IMG/VR virus record: IMGVR_UViG_3300010403_000705
Span: 310,001-374,000 of that record
Direction: 5' to 3' (one strand)
DNA: 64,000 nt
The translations under genes and the position numbers were made by a program. Numbering within the stretch: the first letter of the stretch is position 1; each line of letters begins with the position of its first letter. Of the stretch, positions 29,605 through 39,768 are shown piece after piece. The notes beneath the pieces are model-generated. The model was not told the origin of the DNA. It saw nothing but the letters and a program-made list of their open reading frames with translations, and did no database searches.

Positions 29605-31686
29605 ATGGATGAAGAAGAGAATGATTTAGTAAATGACGCAGAGCCAGTACAACCCATCGAACCACTAGATGTAGGAGCGGATGTTCCAGTAATAGCTCCA
29701 GTGCCAATACCACCACCACCACCTCTTCCTCAACCTCGTCCTGTTCCTTTTATTAATAATTATGAAAGGATTAGACCACAAGCGATTTGGATGGAAGATG
29801 AACCCCGTAATGACTACTGGGAATATGAAAACCAACAGGCTCGTGAGGAGGATTTTAGGGTAAGGTTGCAACGTTATAGACAGGTCGCCGCCGCCGGCGT
29901 CGCGCCGTGGCTTAATAGAGATTGGGAAATTTGGTCGCAACAGAACGTGGGCGCAGCTCACCCAGTACCTAATCCTCATATTCCGGTGCCCAGAAACCCA
30001 AATATAAATCAATTTATAAACCAAATTATTAATAATGAGGAAATAAGAGAGCGTCACATGAATTATGATCAGTTGGTAAGAAGATATCCATCATTGGTAG
30101 ACAGGTATCTTCCTGATTTATCCAATAAGGCTAATGCTTTGAGTGCATTACGAAGTATTGAATCTGATAGAAATGCAACTCTAGAAGAGAAAACGGCACT
30201 TCGTGATTATGTAGGCAATCACGAAGTAGCATCTGTTTATAACTATCAGTGGTGTGTTGACTGCGAATCAATGGTAGGGCATCCTAATCATACACATTGT
30301 CCACATTGTATTTATCCATGTACTGTTGTTGAGCCGGGTCATGTTAATCCTCCATCCAATACTCAGTTAGCAGTATGTGGATTTTGTGGAGAATGTTGTC
30401 GTAGTAAAGGTCATAGATACTGTCCTACTTGCAATACTCACAGTGATAGATTATGTCGACATTGCAGTAAATGTACTGCTTGCTGTGCTTGTCAACTTTG
30501 TCCCGCACGAGGTTGTCAAGAGATGCAAGAATGTAATGATTGTTGTAATTGTCTCGATCATTGTACCTGTCCAGCACTACAATCTAATGGTACATATGGT
30601 AAATCTTTTCCAGCTTTCAAAAAGAAAGAGCGTCGACTGTTTGATTGCCAACGTCTAGCTGGTGTAGAGTGGGAGTACAATCGATTATCTACACAAAGAT
30701 ATTTCGACCATTGGGTAAAGAAGTGGTTAGCGGATCGGCACCAAGATGATTCATGCGGTTATGAAGCCGTTACAGCTCCCATCGCTGGCGACTACATGGT
30801 CAAATGTATAGAGGCTTTGGGAAAAGTTTTTGAAAAGAGTAAGGCGTCAATTGATAATCGATGTTCAATTCATGTACATGCAGATGCAAAAGACCTTCAG
30901 TGGTCAGATATGTTCAGACTGTTGAAAGTCTATTCGATTGTAGAACCTGTTCTTTATATGTTAGCAGGGCAAGAACGCCTCGATAATAGATATTGTGTGC
31001 CCTGTGGTAAAGATTATGCTGCTGCTCTTGAAAGGATTGATCGTAAAGATGCAGTCATGGCTGTAGCATTTACTCCCATTACACGTGATGGAAGAAAAAG
31101 TGAAGTCAATCTTATTCCTGATAATGGTCGCAATTCACAGCGTGCCAAACCAGGAAAACGTGCCGATAATCATGCGTATTGTCGACGCAAAGGATTGAAC
31201 ATTCTTCCTTGGTTGGCTGGTCGAGGACCTCGACCAAACACTCCAGTTAGCATCGTAACTCAAGCCAATGATACAATTGAAAAAATTGCGCAACGCAATA
31301 ATGTTTCAATTGCGGCATTGATGCGTTGGAATAAGATTAAACCTGGTACGCGTTTTGCGGCTGGACAAAGACTTATCGTCAATAAGCGTATTGTGGCACC
31401 TGATACTACAGTGGAGTTTAGAATTCACCCTAACACACATGATGCTAATCGTGTTATTAATTGGGTGAAAGTTATACTGCGTTTGGTTGATTGGGCAGCT
31501 AAATCAACTGATAACGATTTAGAGAAACTTCCTAAGTCAGCCCTTAGGATTCTCTGTCAAGTCATTGCACCCGAATGTGCTCCTTGGATCATGTCGAGAG
31601 TGCAAGAGTGGCGTAAGGAAACATCAAAAATCAATGGACGTCACGAGCGTCGCATTAGCCTAAAGGGCGGAAAGTACAGTTACTAA
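29605..31686 (+). CDS. Putative amidoligase (Amidoligase_2/GCS-like) with Pro-rich N-terminus, Cys-rich region and inserted LysM domain
   Basis: GVEWE, DDSCGYEAVTAP, CSIHVH, TVEFR; LysM-like TQANDTIEKIAQRNNVSIAALMRWNKI...GQRLIV; many CxxC. Confidence 0.8.
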   Translation: MDEEENDLVNDAEPVQPIEPLDVGADVPVIAPVPIPPPPPLPQPRPVPFINNYERIRPQAIWMEDEPRNDYWEYENQQAREEDFRVRLQRYRQVAAAGVAPWLNRDWEIWSQQNVGAAHPVPNPHIPVPRNPNINQFINQIINNEEIRERHMNYDQLVRRYPSLVDRYLPDLSNKANALSALRSIESDRNATLEEKTALRDYVGNHEVASVYNYQWCVDCESMVGHPNHTHCPHCIYPCTVVEPGHVNPPSNTQLAVCGFCGECCRSKGHRYCPTCNTHSDRLCRHCSKCTACCACQLCPARGCQEMQECNDCCNCLDHCTCPALQSNGTYGKSFPAFKKKERRLFDCQRLAGVEWEYNRLSTQRYFDHWVKKWLADRHQDDSCGYEAVTAPIAGDYMVKCIEALGKVFEKSKASIDNRCSIHVHADAKDLQWSDMFRLLKVYSIVEPVLYMLAGQERLDNRYCVPCGKDYAAALERIDRKDAVMAVAFTPITRDGRKSEVNLIPDNGRNSQRAKPGKRADNHAYCRRKGLNILPWLAGRGPRPNTPVSIVTQANDTIEKIAQRNNVSIAALMRWNKIKPGTRFAAGQRLIVNKRIVAPDTTVEFRIHPNTHDANRVINWVKVILRLVDWAAKSTDNDLEKLPKSALRILCQVIAPECAPWIMSRVQEWRKETSKINGRHERRISLKGGKYSY

Positions 31687-31687
31687 T

Positions 31688-32674
31688 ATGTGTGGACTGA
31701 GTGGTTTTATTGGATTGCCGTTATCTAAAGATGAAAAGCTGATGCTTGTTTTAGGTCTCGGCGATGGCATCGACAATCGTGGTGGACATAGTTGTGGATA
31801 TGTCAGCGTTGCTGAGGATGGTAATCTTCAGTATGCCAGAAAAAAAGGCACATGGATTCGTGCTCGTATTAGATTTACTGAGGGCGCTGCTTCTGAAGTA
31901 TGTATGATGCATGCTCGTTGGGCAACTTGTGGTAATAAAGAGGATCCAATGAATGCGCATCCGTTTTCTATTCGACGTAATGGACGTGTAGTTATGTGGG
32001 GCGCACATAACGGTATGGTTCCTGATGCTTTTAAGAGTGCTAAGGCACATGGTCGCGATATCAATGTAGATTCTCAAGAAATTTTTGAGCTTCTTGCTGA
32101 TAAGAATTACGAAGGCATTCGAGAGATGTCTGGCTATGGTGTGATTACTTGGATTGATACTGATCATCGTGATTATGTTAATCTCGCCAGGCTTTCATCT
32201 CATTCCGATATTTGCGTAGTCAGTGTCAAGGGTGGTGGTGTAGTCTGGGCATCTACTTGGAAAATTCTTAAGGAAGCTCTTAAGTTAGCTGATCTAGAAG
32301 TGGATCGTGAGTTTAAGATTGACGAAATCGGTCGAGTATATCGTATTCGAGCTGATGGTGTCTTCAAAACCAAACTAGATGGTATCAAAGTTGGAACCTA
32401 TAATAAGTTGACCAAAACACAAACCACCGTTGGTTCTACGACAACTGTAGATACACCTTCAGTGCCATCTGACGAGATAGATGAAACACTTATTGTAGAA
32501 ACAAAAGTGCCAGGAGAATCAGAATATAAATATGCTTCCTCTTATGGTACTGGAGCCTCTTCAACTGTTACGAATGGCTCTGGAGTTTATTCCCCTGCCT
32601 TTTCTGCATGGCAAGGCAAGCAAGGCAATGTAGATGATGAAGAAGCGTATCGTCAATGGTGTGGGTCTGAATAA
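31688..32674 (+). CDS. Class II (Ntn) glutamine amidotransferase, paralog B
   Basis: MCGL, NRGGHS.G, HARWAT.G, NAHPF, AHNG, VDS. Confidence 0.85.
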   Translation: MCGLSGFIGLPLSKDEKLMLVLGLGDGIDNRGGHSCGYVSVAEDGNLQYARKKGTWIRARIRFTEGAASEVCMMHARWATCGNKEDPMNAHPFSIRRNGRVVMWGAHNGMVPDAFKSAKAHGRDINVDSQEIFELLADKNYEGIREMSGYGVITWIDTDHRDYVNLARLSSHSDICVVSVKGGGVVWASTWKILKEALKLADLEVDREFKIDEIGRVYRIRADGVFKTKLDGIKVGTYNKLTKTQTTVGSTTTVDTPSVPSDEIDETLIVETKVPGESEYKYASSYGTGASSTVTNGSGVYSPAFSAWQGKQGNVDDEEAYRQWCGSE

Positions 32675-32680
32675 ATAATG

Positions 32681-32726
32681 CATCTTTATCAGAAGCCTGG
32701 GATATCCCAGGCTTCTGATAAAGATG
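32681..32726. terminator. Perfect 46-bp palindrome
   Basis: CATCTTTATCAGAAGCCTGGGAT|ATCCCAGGCTTCTGATAAAGATG; no U-tract. Confidence 0.6.
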
Positions 32727-34337
32727 AGAAACTATTATGATTATAGTAACTAAGAATTCTACCTACGAGTTTGATAGTGAAAATTCACGTTATCGTAAGA
32801 TAAAACCGGAGTGTGGCGAGTGGAAGGTTTATTATGGTTTTGCTTCGGAATTAAAAAATGGTGTAAAAGCCAAAATAGTAAGAGATGATAACAGAACTAC
32901 TATAACTTCTATTATTTGTGAAATTCAAGAAGACGATGAAGATGAAGTCTAGAAATTATAGAAAAGAATCGCCGGGCTTGAAGAAAGGGGAGTTTCTAGA
33001 AAAGAAACGTAGCTACCAAAGACGTACCAAGATATATACAAATATTAATTCAGCTTGTAAAGATGCTATGGAAAATGGCAAAGCTGAATTGATAATTGAC
33101 AATAAAAAATTTTGTTTGACTGATCATCCTTACAAGAACTATTCTAATTTTTACGCTTTTGTTCGCATGACAGGTTTTGGAATAGTTTTAGCAGAAGTGT
33201 GTGAAAAAGATTCTGGGTGGATGAGAATCGTATATCCTCATTGTAAAAGAACAACTAATACTATTAGCGGTATTAATTCTTTTATCTGGGATAACATAGC
33301 TGCCTATGTTAGTGATTTTGATGTCCTGTCAGAAAGTTCGGATTCTATAATGAGAACCTTCGAAAAACAGATAAAAGAAGAGTTTGTATAATCTGGCAGA
33401 TATGTTGTAGTAGGCTTCAATTAAATATAAGCATGTTTTAATTTATATGGTAGCTAATATTGAAAGAAAAACAACTTGCTTACATGCAGATGTTTTTAAA
33501 AATTTTCGTTGGGAAAGTCAAAAATTTTCTGATCGATTCAATACTGAGTATGAGTATTGTGATTGTAGGATTTGTAAAAATTCTATCTATACTGGACTAT
33601 GCCGTATAGTAGATGTAGTTTCTGAAGATAATCTGAATTGGGATATCCCAAGTGCAAAGGAACAGAATATGAGTAAAGACAAATTATCGGTCTCTAGAAG
33701 TTTAAAAAGTCGTCATGCCAAAGAAGGTAATGGTATGAGTCTAAAAGAGTTTGCGCGTCGACTTGTTCGTGAGGATAATGAATCCGCCAAGGATTGGTTT
33801 GCTAACAAGGCGGGTTTGCTAAACGCAGAACGTTCTGATAAAAATAAAACACGTGTTTCTTCAGAGAAATCAGCCACCAAACTTGCCAAACGTAGTAAAA
33901 AGAAAGGCAGTAGCAATGTCTCTGTTGCCGCCGCAACACCTGCTATTACCAAATCTGCTAAGACAAAATAATCTTAAACAAAGGAATGAAACATAATGAT
34001 GTATTTTCAAAGTGACAAAGTAGTATATAGAGGAACGAAGTTTCCCGAACTGCGAACAAAACTCGGCGAAGTGTGCACGCGTGTAAGCGGAAGTGAACAT
34101 GGGGTGGTGGTAGATTTTGGCGATGATTCTTATGTTATGGACAGTCGTAACCTAGCTCCTTATCTACCGTCTAAAGAACCTAATGCCAAGGAACCTGAAA
34201 TTCAAATTCGACGCAAACGAATTGATTTAGAGCAGGAATAATAGCTTTATAATTGGTGGGAGGGACTACTTCCCTCCCATCGCATAATCATATAATTATA
34301 TATTAAGTATTTTCAAGAAATTAAAGGAATTTTTAAA

Positions 34338-35717
34338 ATGATGACTGCACGTGAGCTAGTGGGTAATTGGCTTAAAAATCAACGTAATATTGGCGTTCGT
34401 TTAGAAGACAAAAGAAACCTCATTGAAGATGTTATTATCATTACTTCTATGAGTGATTACGGTAAGAATGAAATTTATTTTGTAGGAACATACGCCAACA
34501 CCTCTGGCTGTTCTGGTTATCTTAAAGATATTGATTCGGTTTCTATCTTAGAAGGTGAAGAACTTACTAAACTGTTCTCTCTTTATGAGAAGAAACAAGT
34601 TGAGAATTTGCATTCTCAACTTTCGCATTCTGGATATGTTGGTGTATTGTCAGAATTCTTTGTAGAAGATGAAGATGGTGCATGTATTCCTTCATCTGCT
34701 TTTCTAGCTACACGTCCTTCGTCTAGCAGTAAATCATGGTATGATTCAAAAGTTGATTCACACCAAAACGGAGTTGCTGGAGAAATTCAAACAACCTATA
34801 ATTCTTGTTTAGCCATTACTATTGATTCCTTGGCTTATGGATTGAAACATTTGTCAGATTCTGCTAAGAAACTATCTAGCAAAGCTAAAGTATCTGCTAA
34901 GTCTGTTATGCCAATTTCCGATGCGATTATGCAAGCGTCTACTGATAAAATGCCTACTTTGGGTAATGCAACTGTCAGTAACGCTTACGGATTGAAACTT
35001 AATGCGCCGGATCCACGTACTGTTCCATTTCGTTGTGCGCAGTCTGCTTTACAGTTTCAGTTGTATGGTTTTAATAATCTTACTGAAGAACGAGGTAAAT
35101 CGATCGTGATGACACTGGATGCAACACTAGGAGTTGCGTGTGTGTCTTTGCTTGCGGGAATTAATCATCCAGATCGAGTTAAGCTGGGTGGTCTTCCAGG
35201 TGATTATAGGATAGTCACTTCTGCTTTAGAATATTTTTCTCTCGGAAATTCATGGATGATTCATCCTATGATTGCTAATTTGGTTTTTGATTTTGCTCGT
35301 AAATGCGCAATTCTTGGTCATAAGAATCTAGGCAAATATTGGTCGGCTTCGAAAGAAGATGTTATTTCTTGCATGATGGATTTGGATGTAGATAAAGCTC
35401 ATGCCATCATGGATCGAAATAAGGATATTATGATGAAAATTTTCCAAGCCGCTTGGCCAATTTGTAATGGTTCTAATGCGGCTGGTGTGCCCAATTTATC
35501 TAATGAAATTAAACCAGATAAAGCTAGGGATGTAATGTATGATATTTTCTATAATGGTATCACTACAGTAATTGATAATCCCACAGACATGTCTGCTAAC
35601 TGGACTTTAGATGGTACATGGATTGCTCACTCAGAAGGTGATAATAAAAATGTATGGCGTACTCTCAATGCACTATACGGTACACGCAAGTTTCCTAATC
35701 AAGTAGTACATGGTTGA
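34338..35717 (+). CDS. Degenerate COOH-NH2 ligase type 2 paralog (likely catalytically altered)
   Basis: Collinear with paralogs (EFFVEDEDG, VPFR, LDATLGVACVSL, GLPGDYR, W.IHPMI.NLV.D.ARK), but GSDPE is GVLSE, GGHIH is QSALQ and LEYR is LEYF. Confidence 0.75.
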   Translation: MMTARELVGNWLKNQRNIGVRLEDKRNLIEDVIIITSMSDYGKNEIYFVGTYANTSGCSGYLKDIDSVSILEGEELTKLFSLYEKKQVENLHSQLSHSGYVGVLSEFFVEDEDGACIPSSAFLATRPSSSSKSWYDSKVDSHQNGVAGEIQTTYNSCLAITIDSLAYGLKHLSDSAKKLSSKAKVSAKSVMPISDAIMQASTDKMPTLGNATVSNAYGLKLNAPDPRTVPFRCAQSALQFQLYGFNNLTEERGKSIVMTLDATLGVACVSLLAGINHPDRVKLGGLPGDYRIVTSALEYFSLGNSWMIHPMIANLVFDFARKCAILGHKNLGKYWSASKEDVISCMMDLDVDKAHAIMDRNKDIMMKIFQAAWPICNGSNAAGVPNLSNEIKPDKARDVMYDIFYNGITTVIDNPTDMSANWTLDGTWIAHSEGDNKNVWRTLNALYGTRKFPNQVVHG

Positions 35718-35770
35718 AATTCAGTTTATAAACAACCAGATAAATATTAATAGAGATTGCGATAGATTTT

Positions 35771-36295
35771 ATGAAGAATGAATTAAATATTACTGATTAT
35801 GTAGTTCAAGATTTGATGGAAGGAGAGTATGATAAAAGCATCTTACATATTCCTTTATTCCCAGTAAACATGCGTTTATTCCATACCAGCCCTCAATTTC
35901 ATAGTTTGATCATGCAGGTCATTGCATACATGAAATTTAAACTACAAAATAAGTTTGCAGGCTATTCTCAGCCTCGTGGGATTTCTGGGGCTAACTTAGG
36001 AATTCCATGGAATATTATTGGTTACCGTATTAATAGCAAAATTCATTTTATGATTAATCCGGTGGTAAAAAATAGATCCGTTGAAACGGAAATGAGAAGT
36101 TCAAATTGTGGATCTGTTAGATTAAAAGATAATATTTTCGTTGAACGACATATCTGGGTTGATGTAGAATATTACGATGTAGAAGGCGTGCTACACATGG
36201 ACCGTTTCTACGGTGCAGATGGCGGATATACAATTCAACATGAGATTGAAAACAATCTTGGTATTTTAATTACAGATAAGAATAAGGAGAACTGA
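35771..36295 (+). CDS. def: Divergent peptide deformylase-like protein
   Basis: GISGANLG, MINP, SNCGS, V.R...V.V.YYD..G, QHEIENNLGILI. Confidence 0.65.
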   Translation: MKNELNITDYVVQDLMEGEYDKSILHIPLFPVNMRLFHTSPQFHSLIMQVIAYMKFKLQNKFAGYSQPRGISGANLGIPWNIIGYRINSKIHFMINPVVKNRSVETEMRSSNCGSVRLKDNIFVERHIWVDVEYYDVEGVLHMDRFYGADGGYTIQHEIENNLGILITDKNKEN

Positions 36296-36660
36296 TTTAT
36301 GTTTAAATGTCAAATTACAGGTCGTATGTCTAGACCAGGTGAAAAAGTTAATAAGATTGTGACGGCAACTCGTAACAAAATTTATTATGGCTGGTTCCGT
36401 AACGAAGAGACTGGTAGGTTCGAACAACATGAGGTAGGTCGTGGTTCTGAAATTGTTTCAGAAGTCAATGCTACAGAGGAAGGCGTGCGTGTGTGGACAC
36501 AAATGCAAAGTAATGTATGTCTATTTGACAAGCCTGTTAACTCTTAAGTTTCCAGTTTTATATAAAGCTGGTAGCGCACCATTATAATATGAATAGATAG
36601 TTTTAACAGCTTCTATCTCGGCACTGTTAATTAAGAATTAACAGATGATTAAAAAGCTGT

Positions 36661-36702
36661 TTAATGTTTGTACCAGTTAAATTAATGTTTGTACCAGTTA
36701 AA
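36661..36702 (+). repeat. 21-bp perfect tandem duplication
   Basis: TTAATGTTTGTACCAGTTAAA x2. Confidence 0.9.
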
Positions 36703-37358
36703 GTCACTAGAGTTAAATGTTATGGACACCATAGATAAAAAAGAATCTGATTTAAATAATCAAATTGATGATATCAATGAATCATTAACTGAATCTAAGT
36801 TAAGACTTTCTGAATTGAAAAGAAAACTTGAAGCTGAAGAAACCATAGCTATTGGTTTGAAATTATCTAGGGATCGTGTGAAAGAGTTATTACGGCAACA
36901 TATAGCCTCACTACCAGATACGAGCGAACAAAAGTTACGTGATAATCAAGTGGATAAAGAATTTAGAGATAAATTTCCTTTGCTTTTGGAAAAATTATGA
37001 TTGGATATTATTGTGCTACCTGTTCAAAAGAGCATAGATGCGAAGATGATTGTCCATATTCTTTTGAGATAGAAAACAGAAATACTATTTCTCCTTCAAA
37101 TAGAGAGGCATCAAGTATTTCTATTTGGAAAGATTTAAGGGTGGGAGAATCAATATCTGTTTATCTGAATAACAGATTAATTACTTTGAAAAGAACAAGC
37201 TAGAAACATATATAATTACGTTAATCGTATATCAAAAAAGTTAGCAATGCAGGCGATAAAATAATCTTATTATGGATGTGAAACGGTTAGTTTTTTATAG
37301 ATTATTTTGAGGCAACCCATCTGCTTACACACAATCTGATAATAAAGAAAATAATTTT

Positions 37359-38852
37359 ATGAAGACATGGGAAGCTTTTGATTATGTATCAAGTCAAATT
37401 AAGACTGGCAAAATTAAATTTGATTTAAGAAATCATACATCTCGTAATATTAAAAAAGAATGTAGAATTTCTGGAATTGAATTCGATTCTTTTACGGAAG
37501 AAGAACTATCTATTATTAGTTTAGGTGGTAAAATAGAGCCCAAAAAACTTTCATTTAAGTATTTCAATTGTCAACACTGCGGAGAGGATATTGAATTTAT
37601 TTTTGATGGAGAGATCATTACCACTGAAGCTACCTGTCAATTTCCAAAGGGAGTGAAAGAAGTTACGATTGAATTAAATATACCTTCAGGTGTAATGGTA
37701 TTTGCAAATGATCTTAGGAAATGGTTTCCCGTTCAATTTGATTACAATGTTAATAGTGATGCAGGTATACTGAAAACAATTCTTGCTTATGAAAAAGTAG
37801 GAATGGCTCACGGTTTTGTTGGTAATACTTGTCCTGGTGTCTATCAAATTAATAATCAACGTTTATCTATTAGTGCTGGATGTTGTGATATTGGTGAGGA
37901 AACATGGGATGATGAACAGCAAGATTACGTACCTATGACAGAAAATAAGGCAGTAGAAATTACTCCTGCCGGAAATCGTGTAGGTAGTATCTGTACTGAT
38001 TTGTGGTGGTATTCTGTAGTTGATTACGAAGATTTTAAAAGAAGATTTTTGGATATGGGAGGAAGTCTTAAAAATTTTAAAAGGTATATAAAAAACAAGT
38101 GTGATGTAGTAGGTGTACAACCTGGTTTGTATCATTTTCTTCATTTTTTTAATGTAGATGATGACTGGGAAACACACAAGACTCGGCGCGTCCCTAATCA
38201 TTATGCATTAATTTCTTGGGCTGGGGTCTCAAGAGAAGAAGATTTATATGCCAAATACAAAAGTATTAATTATACGATTGGTCAATGCTGGCTTGCTACG
38301 GTAACTACTTGGCCATCTTTATTTGGATTTAAAGATGAAGATTTTCCGAGATCTCTTTCCATGAAAGAGAAAGCTAGTAAAATTCAAACCTTTCCAATTG
38401 AACAAATTGAAAAATCAGTAGCACACTTTTACTCTAGAACTTTTTGTAATTTCGGAAGAAATGATTGGCACCCTAGTGGCTGGGGCTGTCACGTTCCAAT
38501 TCCTTTGGATACTCCGGATTTTTCTTTGCCGCCTATGACTTCCAAACACTATTGGCATGACATGGATAGAAAATACTGTGGATTATATCTAGCTGGAACA
38601 GGAGAAGAGTCTTATTTAGGTGGTCAAATATATACACTTAATGAGTCTTTCCTAAGGTCTGCTTATGATGTTGCTTATGCAATTCTTAAGTTTGGATGTA
38701 AAGAAGATAGTTATTATAGAACTTCTGAGCAACATCTTCGACATGAAGAAAAGCAAAAAGAAATCGCTTTGGAATCACTTAGCAATCTAAATAAGAAATT
38801 TCCTGGTACTATTCCAAATAACTGTAAGGATTTTCTAAACGAGAATAAATAA
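37359..38852 (+). CDS. Large hypothetical protein
   Basis: 497 aa; CQHC, FVGNTCP, ICTDLWWYS motifs; no family recognised. Confidence 0.6.
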   Translation: MKTWEAFDYVSSQIKTGKIKFDLRNHTSRNIKKECRISGIEFDSFTEEELSIISLGGKIEPKKLSFKYFNCQHCGEDIEFIFDGEIITTEATCQFPKGVKEVTIELNIPSGVMVFANDLRKWFPVQFDYNVNSDAGILKTILAYEKVGMAHGFVGNTCPGVYQINNQRLSISAGCCDIGEETWDDEQQDYVPMTENKAVEITPAGNRVGSICTDLWWYSVVDYEDFKRRFLDMGGSLKNFKRYIKNKCDVVGVQPGLYHFLHFFNVDDDWETHKTRRVPNHYALISWAGVSREEDLYAKYKSINYTIGQCWLATVTTWPSLFGFKDEDFPRSLSMKEKASKIQTFPIEQIEKSVAHFYSRTFCNFGRNDWHPSGWGCHVPIPLDTPDFSLPPMTSKHYWHDMDRKYCGLYLAGTGEESYLGGQIYTLNESFLRSAYDVAYAILKFGCKEDSYYRTSEQHLRHEEKQKEIALESLSNLNKKFPGTIPNNCKDFLNENK

Positions 38853-39760
38853 TGTCCAAAGAAAAATTGCGTGAAAATCTTCGTCTTAAACTAAAATCTA
38901 GACCTTTTAATTCTGCTCTAATGCGACAACTATCTTTTGACTTTCATGACGGAAGTATTTTTGAGTCTCCTGAAGAAACTGAAATTGCAAGACAAGCTTT
39001 TGCAAAAAAATATTTTGATATGAAATGCGGTTATTTACATTTAGGCTGGGATATAGATGAATATTGGTCTTTAGTTGCTAATCGAATAATGATACCATAT
39101 GTGTTGGCTATTTATAATGAATTAGTTAGTAAAGGTTTTAACGAACAAAATACTCTAATGTATGGTGATGCAGATGGTGATGTTTTTTGGTTACCCGCGA
39201 AAAATTCAAACACCAAAGTATTTGTGCATACCAACCAATGCAGAGACTATATTTATATATTAACAGAATTTCCATCACATAAAAAATCTGTAAAACCAAG
39301 ATATGAGTTTCATATTAGAAGACTTTGGAGAAATTGGAATTCTTTGAGTGAATACGAAAAAAGTATGTTAGAAGATCTTTATTTAGGAGTGCCCAAAGAT
39401 ACTAATAGTTTGTCTGAGACTTTACAAATAAGTAAAGAAGAGTTTATTAAAACGATTCTTCAGAATGTAAATTCTATTGAAGAAATTGCCGATGATCATT
39501 ATCAGTATTCTAAGCGTCATAGTTTAGAATATTATCGTGAGCGCGGCTTCGTTATGAGAGATTTATCTGAACCGTTCAACGGAATTTATGGAGATGCGAG
39601 AGATGGCGGATATGTATTTTCTATGGATTACTGGGGACGTACGGAACATACATGTAGTAAATTCTCGCTACTTGAATTAATATCATCATGTTACTTACCT
39701 AACATTGCTGAGCAGCTAAAGCTAAAATTAGATAACGAATGGTTAATAAATAACTCTTAG
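38852..39760 (+). CDS. Hypothetical protein
   Basis: 302-aa ORF translationally coupled to the upstream gene. Confidence 0.55.
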   Translation: MSKEKLRENLRLKLKSRPFNSALMRQLSFDFHDGSIFESPEETEIARQAFAKKYFDMKCGYLHLGWDIDEYWSLVANRIMIPYVLAIYNELVSKGFNEQNTLMYGDADGDVFWLPAKNSNTKVFVHTNQCRDYIYILTEFPSHKKSVKPRYEFHIRRLWRNWNSLSEYEKSMLEDLYLGVPKDTNSLSETLQISKEEFIKTILQNVNSIEEIADDHYQYSKRHSLEYYRERGFVMRDLSEPFNGIYGDARDGGYVFSMDYWGRTEHTCSKFSLLELISSCYLPNIAEQLKLKLDNEWLINNS

Positions 39761-39768
39761 GATCAATC

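Noticed and set aside
36661-36702. CRISPR array
   Set aside because: Only two adjacent 21-bp copies with no spacer and no cas genes; a simple tandem duplication
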